DNA of 64,000 nucleotides from an uncultured Lachnospiraceae bacterium (GTDB lineage Bacteria; Bacillota; Clostridia; Lachnospirales; Lachnospiraceae): NCBI GenBank assembly GCA_910578885.1, contig CAJTSH010000012.1, positions 25,950 to 89,949 of the forward strand, read 5' to 3'. Shown piece by piece: positions 54,743 to 63,321 of this stretch (position 1 is its first letter; each line of letters starts with the position of its first letter). The notes under the pieces were generated by a model. It saw only the letters and a program-made list of their open reading frames with translations, ran no database searches and was not told where the DNA came from. The position numbers and the translations under genes were made by a program.

Positions 54743-56917
54743 CTATTCAGTTACAACAACGTCTATCCAATCGGACACAAGATCTTCATATCTTGCACGA
54801 ATATGATAATTTCCTACAGCAGACACAGACATTTGATTATGCATAATCATAATATTATTTCCGAAGCCTGGTTCTGCTTCCCAAATCACCGGTACAATAA
54901 TTTCTTTCCCTGTTTCATCATATACATGAACATTTAGTGTATTAAGAGTTTCTAAATTTGTGACTGTGTGATTTTTCGCTTTCACAGTCCCGCTTGCCGT
55001 TATGCTGCCCTTTAACTTTGTGTCATGTATACTGATTTTTACAAACACTGTTTGTATACTCTCATTTGTTATCGGAGTTCCTGTCTGGCAGGTATAGTAA
55101 TTGTCAGGGATAAGGTACTTTGCATAAATAGTTCCGCTTTGTTTTCCTTCAATAAACGGCTCGTTGGTGAGAGCCTCATGGCTAATGCAGGCGATCGAAT
55201 CATCCCTTAATTCTGTTCCATGTTCATCCACTAAAATCCATGTTCCTTTTTTGGAGTCGAAACCGTAAAAAGGAACATTTTTTGCGTCATACCCTTCTAC
55301 TATCCAATTATTTGGATATAGGGCATCGCCAATTCCTACATCATAACTTACGCTTCCGGTTTGTAAGCGTAAGGTGTGCAAAGCATATAGTGGAATCGCT
55401 TTTTCTACAATAGAAACAATGCTCTTTCCGCTTTCCGTTAAAATACCGCCTGTCGGCGCCATTGGCCTGTTTTGGCAGATTAAGTTAACCAGTTCTTGGG
55501 GTTTTTTTGTTTCCGCTGCCTGCTTTTCACTGTTCCTTTTATAATTCGTAGAAGCTTTCTCTTGTTTCAAAATTGTATCCCAGTTCAGCTCTTCCCTGAG
55601 CATTCCTTTATTATGGCTCTTTAACTGCGTAACGCCGTGCATTTTCTCGTATCCGCTTACAATGTTGTAGTTTTTTGTCCTCAGATAAAGATTTTCCGAG
55701 CCGTCATCTCCTGCATTTCCTGACTTGGAAGGCTGGAACATGGTAATGAAAGAGCGCTGGTCATATCCTGCCGTGCTAAAGGTATGTACGGCTGCTTTAT
55801 CATCGTAGCAAGTACCGCATATGGAGAATACTGCCACATCAAACTGTACCATAACCGGACAATCATACTTTAAAGTCGTTGTCGTATTATCTTCTTTCTG
55901 CTTTACCATAATTGCTGTGTGAGGCGGCAATGTTACCGTTACACTTGAACTGGTGCTTTTTGTCTTAGTGGCAGACTGTTCCTTTGTGTAAGCCGTACTG
56001 ATAACCTGCCCGGCTGTAAACTGCATTTCCATAGCAATCTTGCTGATTTTCAAAATATCTTCCAGCTCTAACGTTACCCCCACCATTTCGGTAAAACTAA
56101 ATTCTTTCGCATTGGCTATGGAATTTGATTCTGTTTTGCTTAACTCCACGGATGTTGTTACCGTTTGGCTGGCTTCCTCATTATTTCTGTTTTCGGCAGG
56201 ATATAGGATCGTTTCTCCCGAACCGGTATTTTTATAAGTGAATCCGGGAATGCCGCCTTCGCTGATAGCCTCCTCTACTGTGCGGTTTCCGATTGCAGTA
56301 TTATAAGGCGTGCCGTCTGATATTACCTTAAGCCTGTAATTATAGAAGGCAAGGCCAAATACTGTATATCCGAATTGAAATGTTCCGCCATATCTGTCCA
56401 AATGACCTGCCAATGTGTAAAACACTGTCTGGCTGTCTGTGTTGTCATGAAATGGTGACAGATTGCACCGTTTGATAAAGTCATCAGCTTTCAGCTTCCT
56501 GTTAAGCAAATCTTGCGCCAATTGCCCCGTTGCCTTTTCCACCTCGCTTAGAGAACTTGCGAGCATAAGTCCTGTGCTTTTGTATACATCACTACCGCCT
56601 GTCCTGTCATGTTTATGGCAAAGGCATTCAATCAAGTCCATATAGTTCGCATCTTTTCCGAAGTTTTTATCCCAACTCTTTCCGCTGTGGTTCCAGCAGC
56701 TGTCCGATTCGCTTTTAAATATCTGGCTTGCTATCTGTGCCCATCGAAAAAGCTGATCTTTGTTTAGCAGTGCGTCTTGAAGGAATGCTTCTTTATCTTC
56801 TGTACTTTTACGGCTTGTACTGCCCTCATAAAAATCATAGCATTCCCGTTCCGGCAGTGTTGCGGTAGCCTCCAGCTTTACTGGTTTGACCGTTCCATAG
56901 CATTCGTAATTACCCAT
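54743..56917 (-). CDS. Hypothetical protein with putative aerolysin/ETX-MTX2-like pore-forming domain and C-terminal Ig-like domains
   Basis: 724-aa ORF with RBS gaaagga. Ser/Thr-rich strands flank an amphipathic hairpin, followed by SVTVTLPPHTAI. The fold call is an inference. Confidence 0.6.
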   Translation of the reverse strand: MGNYECYGTVKPVKLEATATLPERECYDFYEGSTSRKSTEDKEAFLQDALLNKDQLFRWAQIASQIFKSESDSCWNHSGKSWDKNFGKDANYMDLIECLCHKHDRTGGSDVYKSTGLMLASSLSEVEKATGQLAQDLLNRKLKADDFIKRCNLSPFHDNTDSQTVFYTLAGHLDRYGGTFQFGYTVFGLAFYNYRLKVISDGTPYNTAIGNRTVEEAISEGGIPGFTYKNTGSGETILYPAENRNNEEASQTVTTSVELSKTESNSIANAKEFSFTEMVGVTLELEDILKISKIAMEMQFTAGQVISTAYTKEQSATKTKSTSSSVTVTLPPHTAIMVKQKEDNTTTTLKYDCPVMVQFDVAVFSICGTCYDDKAAVHTFSTAGYDQRSFITMFQPSKSGNAGDDGSENLYLRTKNYNIVSGYEKMHGVTQLKSHNKGMLREELNWDTILKQEKASTNYKRNSEKQAAETKKPQELVNLICQNRPMAPTGGILTESGKSIVSIVEKAIPLYALHTLRLQTGSVSYDVGIGDALYPNNWIVEGYDAKNVPFYGFDSKKGTWILVDEHGTELRDDSIACISHEALTNEPFIEGKQSGTIYAKYLIPDNYYTCQTGTPITNESIQTVFVKISIHDTKLKGSITASGTVKAKNHTVTNLETLNTLNVHVYDETGKEIIVPVIWEAEPGFGNNIMIMHNQMSVSAVGNYHIRARYEDLVSDWIDVVVTE

Positions 56918-57142
56918 AGTTCACCAATCCTTTCTGACTTTATTGTGTATTGCATTTCTATGATAGCGTTTTTGAAATATAAAAACGCTGGCTAAGTGCG
57001 TTGCACTTAGTCAGCGTTTTTGAAACTATATGTCAAGAATTTTTGGGGAAATTATTGAAATTCAGCAGGAAAAAAGATACGATGAATGTTATTTTTGGAA
57101 TAAATCGGAATGTGTACCTCAACAATGTCTTTCCTATGATAT

Positions 57143-57188
57143 AAAAAAAAGCCGAAACACTCTGCAAATTCAGTGTTTCAGCTTTTTT
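57143..57188 (-). terminator. Terminator after tRNA-Pro
   Basis: Minus strand AAAAAAGCTGAAACACT...AGTGTTTCGGCTTTTTTT. Confidence 0.75.
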
Positions 57189-57205
57189 CATGCCTCTGTA
57201 AAGAA

Positions 57206-57279
57206 TCGATGCGACAGGATTTGAACCTGCGACCTCTGCGTCCCTAACACAGCGCTCTACCAAGCTGAGCCACGCATCG
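57206..57279 (-). tRNA. tRNA-Pro, anticodon AGG (CCA not encoded)
   Basis: Cloverleaf CGATGCG/CGCATCG-A73; D arm GCTC/GAGC; anticodon arm CTGTG-TTAGGGA-CGCAG; T arm GCAGG-TTCAAAT-CCTGT. Confidence 0.93.
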
Positions 57280-57289
57280 CAACATGGAT

Positions 57290-57318
57290 ATCATAACACA
57301 AGAAAACGCTTTGCACAA
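57290..57318 (-). promoter_or_regulatory. Sigma-A promoter of the tRNA
   Basis: TTGTGC-N17-TATGAT with extended TG. Confidence 0.6.
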
Positions 57319-57332
57319 GCAGAAAATAAAAA

Positions 57333-57367
57333 AACAGAATCTACAGCGTGATGCTGTGGATTCTGTT
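57333..57367 (-). terminator. Terminator of the FliD-like gene
   Basis: AACAGAATCTACAGC...GCTGTGGATTCTGTT flanked by an A run. Confidence 0.75.
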
Positions 57368-57422
57368 GTTCTATAAGAAACGACAGACAAATCTGCCGCT
57401 TCCTTAATTTATGATATAATTT

Positions 57423-58727
57423 CTAGCAGTAAGTATCCAGCATCATTCCTGAGTAAATCGAAGTAATGTAAGGGGTTGCGAAATTGCGCCCCGGATTCTT
57501 ATATGCAACCATAATCTTATTCACATAGCGCATAGGATCAATGGAAGCATTCTCTGCCTTTGAAAGCAAGGCGTCTTTAAAATCATTCAGGATCGAGAAG
57601 CTTTCGTCAGAACTGGGACTGCTCACGGATGTTGCAAGAAGGCTGCGGTCAATCGAAATGGAAGAATTGTCATCTACCAGAAGTCCGAGAGATTCAAATT
57701 CATCTTTAAACTTCAATGCAACACTGCTAATGTCGGAAATCAGCTTGGAGCTGTCTTGCTGACTGGCGGAATATTTTCCGGCAGTATGAATCATCTGATT
57801 GTAGGAATCGACAAGCGTCTGAATGTTGTCGGCAACTGCATCTACATTTGTCTTGTAACCTATTGTTGCAGGATTTCCTTCTTGGCTGATGCCCTTCAAA
57901 TTTAACTCGAAGGTATTGTTGACCGTAAAGTTATTAGAATAGGAAGAGTGTTCCACCCCATTCAGCAAAAAGGAAGAGTTACATGCTTCCGTTGCAACAT
58001 GGCTGATGCCCAGAGTATCAATTGCAGTTCTGGCCGGATTGTTTTCAGCCGCAGAAATTCGAAAAAGATAATCTTCATTTCCTCTAAGCCCAGTCTGCCG
58101 GGATTCGATTTTCAAAGCACTTCGTCCTTGCTCATCAGAGACGACTTCCGAGTTCAGATCAATGTTTGCAGTCTTGAACAATCGGGAAAGTTTCTCAAGG
58201 ACATCTCGGTTCGAGTCATTTGAATTTACCGTAAAGCGAAATTCGTAGGAAGCATTCGTTGTATTCAGATCAAAAGAATAACTTCCGGGTGCAATATCAA
58301 GAGAGTCATCCTTAAGAAAATGCCCCAAATTCATCTGAGGAGCTGCAAGCCGCGTTACCTCAATCGAAAAAGTATCAGTATCATCATCTGTACTTTTATT
58401 ACCGATGTATTCAGCGGTGACGATATCCGGCTGATTAGAATCCGCGACCTTTTTCTGAAAGGCGTTCTCCATGCCCCCGCCGTCAGCCGAAAGAGAAGCG
58501 ATTACATTTTTGATGTTTCTGGCATTCTCTTTAATGTCAATCGCAAATTTATCTAAATCCCGTGAATCTTTTAATTTGTAAAGCGGAGATTCTTTATTTG
58601 CCTTTATAATATTGTTGTAAGTATTGCGTAATTCGCTTCGCTTATGTGCATCATACCGAGTGGCAGAAGATTTACCATAGGTAGAAAGAAAATAATTATA
58701 CGCATTATCCATTATGGCTGCAACCAT
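57423..58727 (-). CDS. Atypical FliD-like flagellar cap protein
   Basis: FSIEVTRLAAPQ, LKIESRQTG, NSSFLLNG..SYSNNF, IQTLVDSYN resemble FliD segments; sigma-28 promoter upstream; ATG 58727 has RBS gagggg. Confidence 0.65.
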   Translation of the reverse strand: MVAAIMDNAYNYFLSTYGKSSATRYDAHKRSELRNTYNNIIKANKESPLYKLKDSRDLDKFAIDIKENARNIKNVIASLSADGGGMENAFQKKVADSNQPDIVTAEYIGNKSTDDDTDTFSIEVTRLAAPQMNLGHFLKDDSLDIAPGSYSFDLNTTNASYEFRFTVNSNDSNRDVLEKLSRLFKTANIDLNSEVVSDEQGRSALKIESRQTGLRGNEDYLFRISAAENNPARTAIDTLGISHVATEACNSSFLLNGVEHSSYSNNFTVNNTFELNLKGISQEGNPATIGYKTNVDAVADNIQTLVDSYNQMIHTAGKYSASQQDSSKLISDISSVALKFKDEFESLGLLVDDNSSISIDRSLLATSVSSPSSDESFSILNDFKDALLSKAENASIDPMRYVNKIMVAYKNPGRNFATPYITSIYSGMMLDTYC

Positions 58728-58847
58728 AATAACCCCCCTCCTTTCTTCCGTGAAATGTGTTGTAAACACCGGGGAAAATAAATCCATTTAACATAATTAT
58801 ATAATTTTTTAGAGAAAATTATCTGCAAATTGCATTATATACCTTTT

Positions 58848-58874
58848 ATATCGGCAAGATAAGCGATTTGTTTA
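58848..58874 (-). promoter_or_regulatory. Perfect sigma-28 promoter
   Basis: Minus strand TAAA-N15-GCCGATAT. Confidence 0.88.
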
Positions 58875-58922
58875 ATAGAAATTTTATAAAAAAGGAAAAA
58901 AACGGAATGCCGCAAAAAGTAT

Positions 58923-58951
58923 TTGACGATGCGTCCAAATTGTGCTATAGT
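58923..58951 (+). promoter_or_regulatory. Sigma-A promoter of rpmG-secE-nusG
   Basis: TTGACG-N17-TATAGT with extended TG. Confidence 0.75.
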
Positions 58952-59031
58952 AGGTAGGCTTGGAAGTAGGTCTTTTTTTTATGCCTAAAATCGGCATGGA
59001 AAACACAATGAATTTAATGGAGGTGGAAGTT

Positions 59032-59181
59032 GTGCGCACAAAGATTACATTAGCATGCACGGAATGCAAGCAGCGTAATTACAACATGACAAAGGACAAG
59101 AAAGCTCATCCGGACAGAATGGAGACAAAGAAATATTGCAGATTCTGTAGGACACATACCTTACACAAAGAAACAAAATAA
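59032..59181 (+). CDS. rpmG: 50S ribosomal protein L33 (Zn-binding C+ form)
   Basis: GTG start after ggagg; [16 protein letters not shown]...[16 protein letters not shown]. Confidence 0.96.
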   Translation: MRTKITLACTECKQRNYNMTKDKKAHPDRMETKKYCRFCRTHTLHKETK

Positions 59182-59334
59182 GTACAAGCCGTATTTGTTG
59201 TTAGTGTAATTATAGGAAGAGCAAAAGTGAACAGGTTGAAAGGAATTCTTTCATCCATCCCAAAATGTGCTTGGCGGCAAAGAGAGCTTTAAGAGAGCGA
59301 TTTGCTGTGGGCTGCTCATAGAATGGAGGAAATT

Positions 59335-59544
59335 ATGGGAGAAACCGAGAACAAAAGCAGCGCTCCGAAGGAGAGCTGGCTGGACGGAGTTAAGGCTGAA
59401 TTCGGAAAGATTATTTGGCCGACGAAACAATCACTTGCCCGTCAGACGACAGCAGTCGTTATTGTGTCAGTTATCGTAGGTCTGATTATTGCTGTGCTGG
59501 ATACTGTAATACAGTATGGCGTGAATTTTCTGGTGAATTTATAG
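59335..59544 (+). CDS. secE: Preprotein translocase SecE
   Basis: GVKAEFGKIIWPTK plus TM segment; synteny. Confidence 0.93.
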   Translation: MGETENKSSAPKESWLDGVKAEFGKIIWPTKQSLARQTTAVVIVSVIVGLIIAVLDTVIQYGVNFLVNL

Positions 59545-59560
59545 GAGGCAAAGGTGATTT

Positions 59561-60079
59561 ATGGCAGAGGCACACTGGTATGTAGTTCATACCTATTCAG
59601 GTTATGAGAATAAGGTAAAGGCTAACATTGATAAAACAATCGAAAACAGACATTTAGAGGATCAGATTTTGGAGGTGCGCGTTCCGATGCAGGACGTAGT
59701 CGAGCTGAAGAACGGCGCTAAGAAACAGGTTTCCAAGAAGATGTTTCCGGGTTATGTACTTATCAATATGATTATGAATGATGACACCTGGTATGTTGTC
59801 AGAAATACCAGAGGAGTAACCGGATTCGTAGGACCGGGCTCTAAGCCGGTACCACTCACCGAAGTTGAAATAAGAACACTGGGTATTAAAGCAGACAACA
59901 TTGTTGTAGATTTTGCAGAAGGAGATACCGTTGTTATCATCGGCGGTGTGTGGAAGGACACCGTTGGAGTGATTCAGACAATGAACGAAGGCAAGCAGAT
60001 TGTTACAATCAATGTGGACTTGTTTGGCCGGGAGACGCCGGTTGAAATAAGTTTTTCAGATGTTAAGAAGATGAATTAA
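59561..60079 (+). CDS. nusG: Transcription termination/antitermination factor NusG
   Basis: [40 protein letters not shown]. Confidence 0.98.
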   Translation: MAEAHWYVVHTYSGYENKVKANIDKTIENRHLEDQILEVRVPMQDVVELKNGAKKQVSKKMFPGYVLINMIMNDDTWYVVRNTRGVTGFVGPGSKPVPLTEVEIRTLGIKADNIVVDFAEGDTVVIIGGVWKDTVGVIQTMNEGKQIVTINVDLFGRETPVEISFSDVKKMN

Positions 60080-60093
60080 GGAGGCAACCTCAA

Positions 60094-60519
60094 ATGGCAA
60101 AGAAAGTAGAAGGATATATTAAATTACAGATTCCTGCCGGAAAAGCAACGCCGGCGCCACCAGTTGGTCCTGCACTTGGACAGCATGGTGTGAATATCGT
60201 GGAATTTACAAAGCAGTTCAACGCAAGAACAGCAGATCAGGGAGATTTGATTATCCCTGTAGTAATTACCGTTTATGCGGACAGAAGCTTCAGCTTTATC
60301 ACGAAGACTCCGCCGGCAGCGGTTTTGATTAAGAAAGCCTGCAATTTAAAGAGCGGTTCTGCTGTACCGAACAAGACAAAGGTAGCAACCATTTCCAAAG
60401 CAAAGGTTCAGGAAATCGCAGAGTTAAAGATGCCTGACTTAAACGCAGCATCCTTAGAAGCAGCTATGAGCATGATCGCTGGTACCTGCCGAAGCATGGG
60501 TGTACAGGTAGAGGAATAG
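60094..60519 (+). CDS. rplK: 50S ribosomal protein L11
   Basis: [23 protein letters not shown]. Confidence 0.99.
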   Translation: MAKKVEGYIKLQIPAGKATPAPPVGPALGQHGVNIVEFTKQFNARTADQGDLIIPVVITVYADRSFSFITKTPPAAVLIKKACNLKSGSAVPNKTKVATISKAKVQEIAELKMPDLNAASLEAAMSMIAGTCRSMGVQVEE

Positions 60520-60578
60520 TCCAAAAGCGTTTAGCGAAGAGGATTTCCTTGAAACGCGTATCAAAACGTTGATGAACA

Positions 60579-60607
60579 GTGGGAGGGACCACTCCCGATA
60601 ATACCAC
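60579..60607 (+). promoter_or_regulatory. L1-binding autoregulatory mRNA element
   Basis: GTGGGAG...ACCAC stem with internal loop just before the rplA RBS. Confidence 0.65.
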
Positions 60608-60622
60608 AGGAGGTTATTTAGA

Positions 60623-61315
60623 ATGAAAAGAGGAAAAAGATACCTTGAGGCTGCAAAAGCAATTGACAGAGCAGCTTTATATGATCCAGCAGAGGCAATC
60701 AGCTTAGCAAAGAAAGCGGCTGTTGCTAAATTTGATGAGACAATCGAAGTTCATATCAGAACCGGATGTGACGGGCGTCATGCAGATCAGCAGATTCGCG
60801 GCGCAGTAGTATTGCCGCACGGAACAGGTAAAACCGTTAAGGTGTTGGTTTTCGCAAAAGGAACCAAATTAGATGAGGCAGAGGCAGCGGGAGCAGACTT
60901 CGTCGGAGGAGAGGAATTGATTCCTAAGATTCAGAACGATGGCTGGTTCGATTTCGATGTAGTAGTAGCTACACCGGATATGATGGGCGTTGTTGGCCGT
61001 CTTGGCCGTGTACTTGGACCAAAGGGCTTGATGCCGAACCCGAAAGCCGGAACCGTAACGATGGACGTGACCAAAGCTGTCAATGACATTAAGGCTGGTA
61101 AGATTGAATATAGATTGGACAAAGCAAATATTATCCATGTGCCAATTGGAAAAGCATCCTTTACAGAAGAACAATTAGCGGACAACTTCCAGACCCTTAT
61201 CGATGCAGTTAATAAAGCTAAACCAAGCGCAGTAAAAGGTCAGTTTTTAAGGAGTGTATCTGTTGCTCCTACAATGGGACCGGGTGCAAAAGTAAATCCT
61301 GTTAAGCTTGTTTAG
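60623..61315 (+). CDS. rplA: 50S ribosomal protein L1
   Basis: [34 protein letters not shown]. Confidence 0.99.
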   Translation: MKRGKRYLEAAKAIDRAALYDPAEAISLAKKAAVAKFDETIEVHIRTGCDGRHADQQIRGAVVLPHGTGKTVKVLVFAKGTKLDEAEAAGADFVGGEELIPKIQNDGWFDFDVVVATPDMMGVVGRLGRVLGPKGLMPNPKAGTVTMDVTKAVNDIKAGKIEYRLDKANIIHVPIGKASFTEEQLADNFQTLIDAVNKAKPSAVKGQFLRSVSVAPTMGPGAKVNPVKLV

Positions 61316-61324
61316 AAAAATTAG

Positions 61325-61353
61325 TTGACATCAATAATAACCAATGCTATAAT
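61325..61353 (+). promoter_or_regulatory. Consensus sigma-A promoter of rplJ-rplL
   Basis: TTGACA-N17-TATAAT. Confidence 0.9.
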
Positions 61354-61364
61354 AGCAACGCATA

Positions 61365-61485
61365 TTGCCGAAGACAGCAGGCGCCGTAAGGCGTAATCGC
61401 AAGAGCCTGCCGAGGGAAAGCGGATACGAAAGTATTTGTGAATGAGATTTTAATCCTCTCTGTCTTCCACAGAGAGGATTTTTAT
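61365..61485 (+). ncRNA. L10 leader (cis-regulatory RNA with terminator)
   Basis: CCGAAGACAGCAGG...CCTGCCGAGG core, then AATCCTCTCTGT...ACAGAGAGGATTTTT. Confidence 0.85.
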
Positions 61486-61624
61486 TATGCACACGGGCGC
61501 ATAAGGAAATTGGTTGCCGTCGCAACATGCGCCCGGCGCGGCATGCGGGGAAGACTCTCCCTGCATGATTCAAAGTACCTTGTCTTTTTGCAAAATGAAA
61601 AATAAAAAAGGAGGTGCACGATTC

Positions 61625-62197
61625 GTGGCAAAAGTAGAATTGAAACAGCCTATCGTACAGGAGATTTCAGACCAGATTAAAGATGCACAATCAGTAGTTG
61701 TTGTTGACTACCGCGGACTGACAGTTGCAGAAGATACTCAGCTGCGTAAGGAGCTGAGAGAAGCCGGTGTTACTTATAAAGTATATAAGAATACATTGGT
61801 CAATTTCGCAATCAAAGGAACGGAGTTCGAAAGCCTTGCATCCACATTAGAAGGACCAAACGCATTTGCAATCTCTACAACAGATGCAACTGCACCGGCA
61901 AGAATTATTGCGAAATTTGCAAAGACTGCTCCTGCGCTTGAGATAAAAGCAGGTGTAGTTGAAGGAAATTATTATGATGCAGACGGTATGAAGACGATTG
62001 CAACAATTCCTTCCAGAGAAGAATTGCTTTCCAAGTTCCTTGGAAGTATTCAGTCTCCGATTACCAACTTTGCTCGCGTTCTGAATCAGATCGCAGAAAA
62101 AGGCGGCGCAGTAAGCGCAGAGGCTACAGAGGAAGCAGCGCCTGCAGCAGAGGAAGCGGCAGCAGAAGCAGCTCCAGAAGAGACGCCGGCTGAATAG
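61625..62197 (+). CDS. rplJ: 50S ribosomal protein L10
   Basis: GTG start after aggaggtg; VVDYRGLTV..LRKELR..KVYKNTL; IPSREELL. Confidence 0.97.
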   Translation: MAKVELKQPIVQEISDQIKDAQSVVVVDYRGLTVAEDTQLRKELREAGVTYKVYKNTLVNFAIKGTEFESLASTLEGPNAFAISTTDATAPARIIAKFAKTAPALEIKAGVVEGNYYDADGMKTIATIPSREELLSKFLGSIQSPITNFARVLNQIAEKGGAVSAEATEEAAPAAEEAAAEAAPEETPAE

Positions 62198-62253
62198 ACC
62201 GGAATTTGTCAGTATTTAAAATAATAACAAACCAAAAACGGAGGTAAGTAGTA

Positions 62254-62631
62254 ATGGCTAAATTAACAACAGCTGAATTTATTGAAGCAATCAAAGAGTT
62301 AAGCGTATTAGAATTAAATGATTTAGTAAAAGCATGTGAAGAAGAGTTCGGTGTATCCGCGGCAGCAGGCGTTGTAGTTGCAGCAGCAGCAGGCGACGGT
62401 GCAGCAGCAGGCGAAGAGAAGACAGAGTTCGACGTAGAGTTGACAGAAGTTGGACCGAACAAAGTTAAAGTTATCAAAGTGGTTCGTGAAGCTACAGGCT
62501 TAGGCTTAAAAGAAGCAAAAGACTTAGTAGACGGCGCTCCTAAGATTGTGAAAGAAGCAGCAGACAAAGCAACTGCTGACGACATCAAAGCTAAATTAGA
62601 AGCAGAAGGTGCAAAAGTAACTTTAAAATAG
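62254..62631 (+). CDS. rplL: 50S ribosomal protein L7/L12
   Basis: [32 protein letters not shown]. Confidence 0.99.
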   Translation: MAKLTTAEFIEAIKELSVLELNDLVKACEEEFGVSAAAGVVVAAAAGDGAAAGEEKTEFDVELTEVGPNKVKVIKVVREATGLGLKEAKDLVDGAPKIVKEAADKATADDIKAKLEAEGAKVTLK

Positions 62632-62652
62632 TCGCGATTCAGCGGACTGAGA

Positions 62653-62711
62653 AAAGAGGAAGAGCCAGTTTGTCCATGTTTACATGAGACAAACTGGCTC
62701 TTTCTCTTTTT
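62653..62711 (+). terminator. Terminator of rplJL
   Basis: AGAGCCAGTTTGTC...GACAAACTGGCTCT followed by TTCTCTTTTT. Confidence 0.85.
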
Positions 62712-62764
62712 AAAGGCGCAACGCGCGCCAGGGATTGCTGCATTTGCAATCTCTGGCTCAGTCC

Positions 62765-62886
62765 GCTGAATCTTTCCCGAAGGTGCGAACATGAAAGACT
62801 CAGCGGAAATTTATTTCCGGCTGAATCTTTCCCAAAAGTGCAAACATGAAAGTCTCAGCGGAAATTTTTTTCCGGCTGAGGCTTTC
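62765..62886. repeat. 55-bp tandem palindromic repeat (2 units plus partial)
   Basis: gctgaatctttccc..aagtgc.aacatgaaag.ctcagcggaaattt.tttccg at 62765 and 62820, partial at 62875. Confidence 0.85.
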
Positions 62887-62912
62887 TGCATTTTGGCATA
62901 GTGCGACAGCAC

Positions 62913-63008
62913 GCGCATGAGGAAACCCTGTTTCCGAATTCGCGCACTGCTCATACTGGACTGAGAAAAGGCATAATGCGCATGAGGAAGCTCTGCTTCC
63001 GAATTCGC
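62913..63008. repeat. 31-bp direct repeat x2 with internal hairpin
   Basis: gcgcatgaggaaaccctgtttccgaattcgc (62913) and gcgcatgaggaagctctgcttccgaattcgc (62978). Confidence 0.85.
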
Positions 63009-63263
63009 TCTATGCGGGCAATCTAACCTTTATAATATATAAACGAAAAATACTTGAAATTTATACGTAAACAATGTATTGTATTACTGCAATAATACAA
63101 AGGAAAGGCGAATCACAACTCCATAGAAGGTATGGAGAACATACGTGAAGACATCTATGGAAAACGATGCGCAAACGCTGTGCTCTTCGTATTTAGAAGA
63201 GTTGGCAGAGAGTGTATGGGAACCAATTGGACACGGTACAGCTACACTTTAAAATATATTGCT

Positions 63264-63321
63264 AAATTTTACAAAACTTTCCCTAAACGACATGGACAAA
63301 AACTATATCAAATGATAAAGT
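63264..63321 (+). promoter_or_regulatory. Second copy of the Tad-promoter element with candidate promoter
   Basis: 35/38 identity to 14930-14967; TGGACA-N17-TAAAGT with extended TG. Confidence 0.6.

Noticed and set aside
54610..57206. Integrative element or prophage at the tRNA-Pro 3' end
   Set aside because: No integrase and no duplicated tRNA 3' end (att) was found by eye; only the position is suggestive
57030..57263. ORFs overlapping the tRNA and its terminator
   Set aside because: Spurious translations of the tRNA and terminator sequence
61514..61624. N-terminal extensions given by the ORF track for rplJ (similarly rpmG, secE, rarA, tadC, spoVT)
   Set aside because: Downstream starts have proper RBSs and match known protein N-termini
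62765..63008. Repeat-spacer-repeat patterns as a CRISPR array
   Set aside because: Only two copies per type, the 55-bp units lack unique spacers, and no cas genes are in the window
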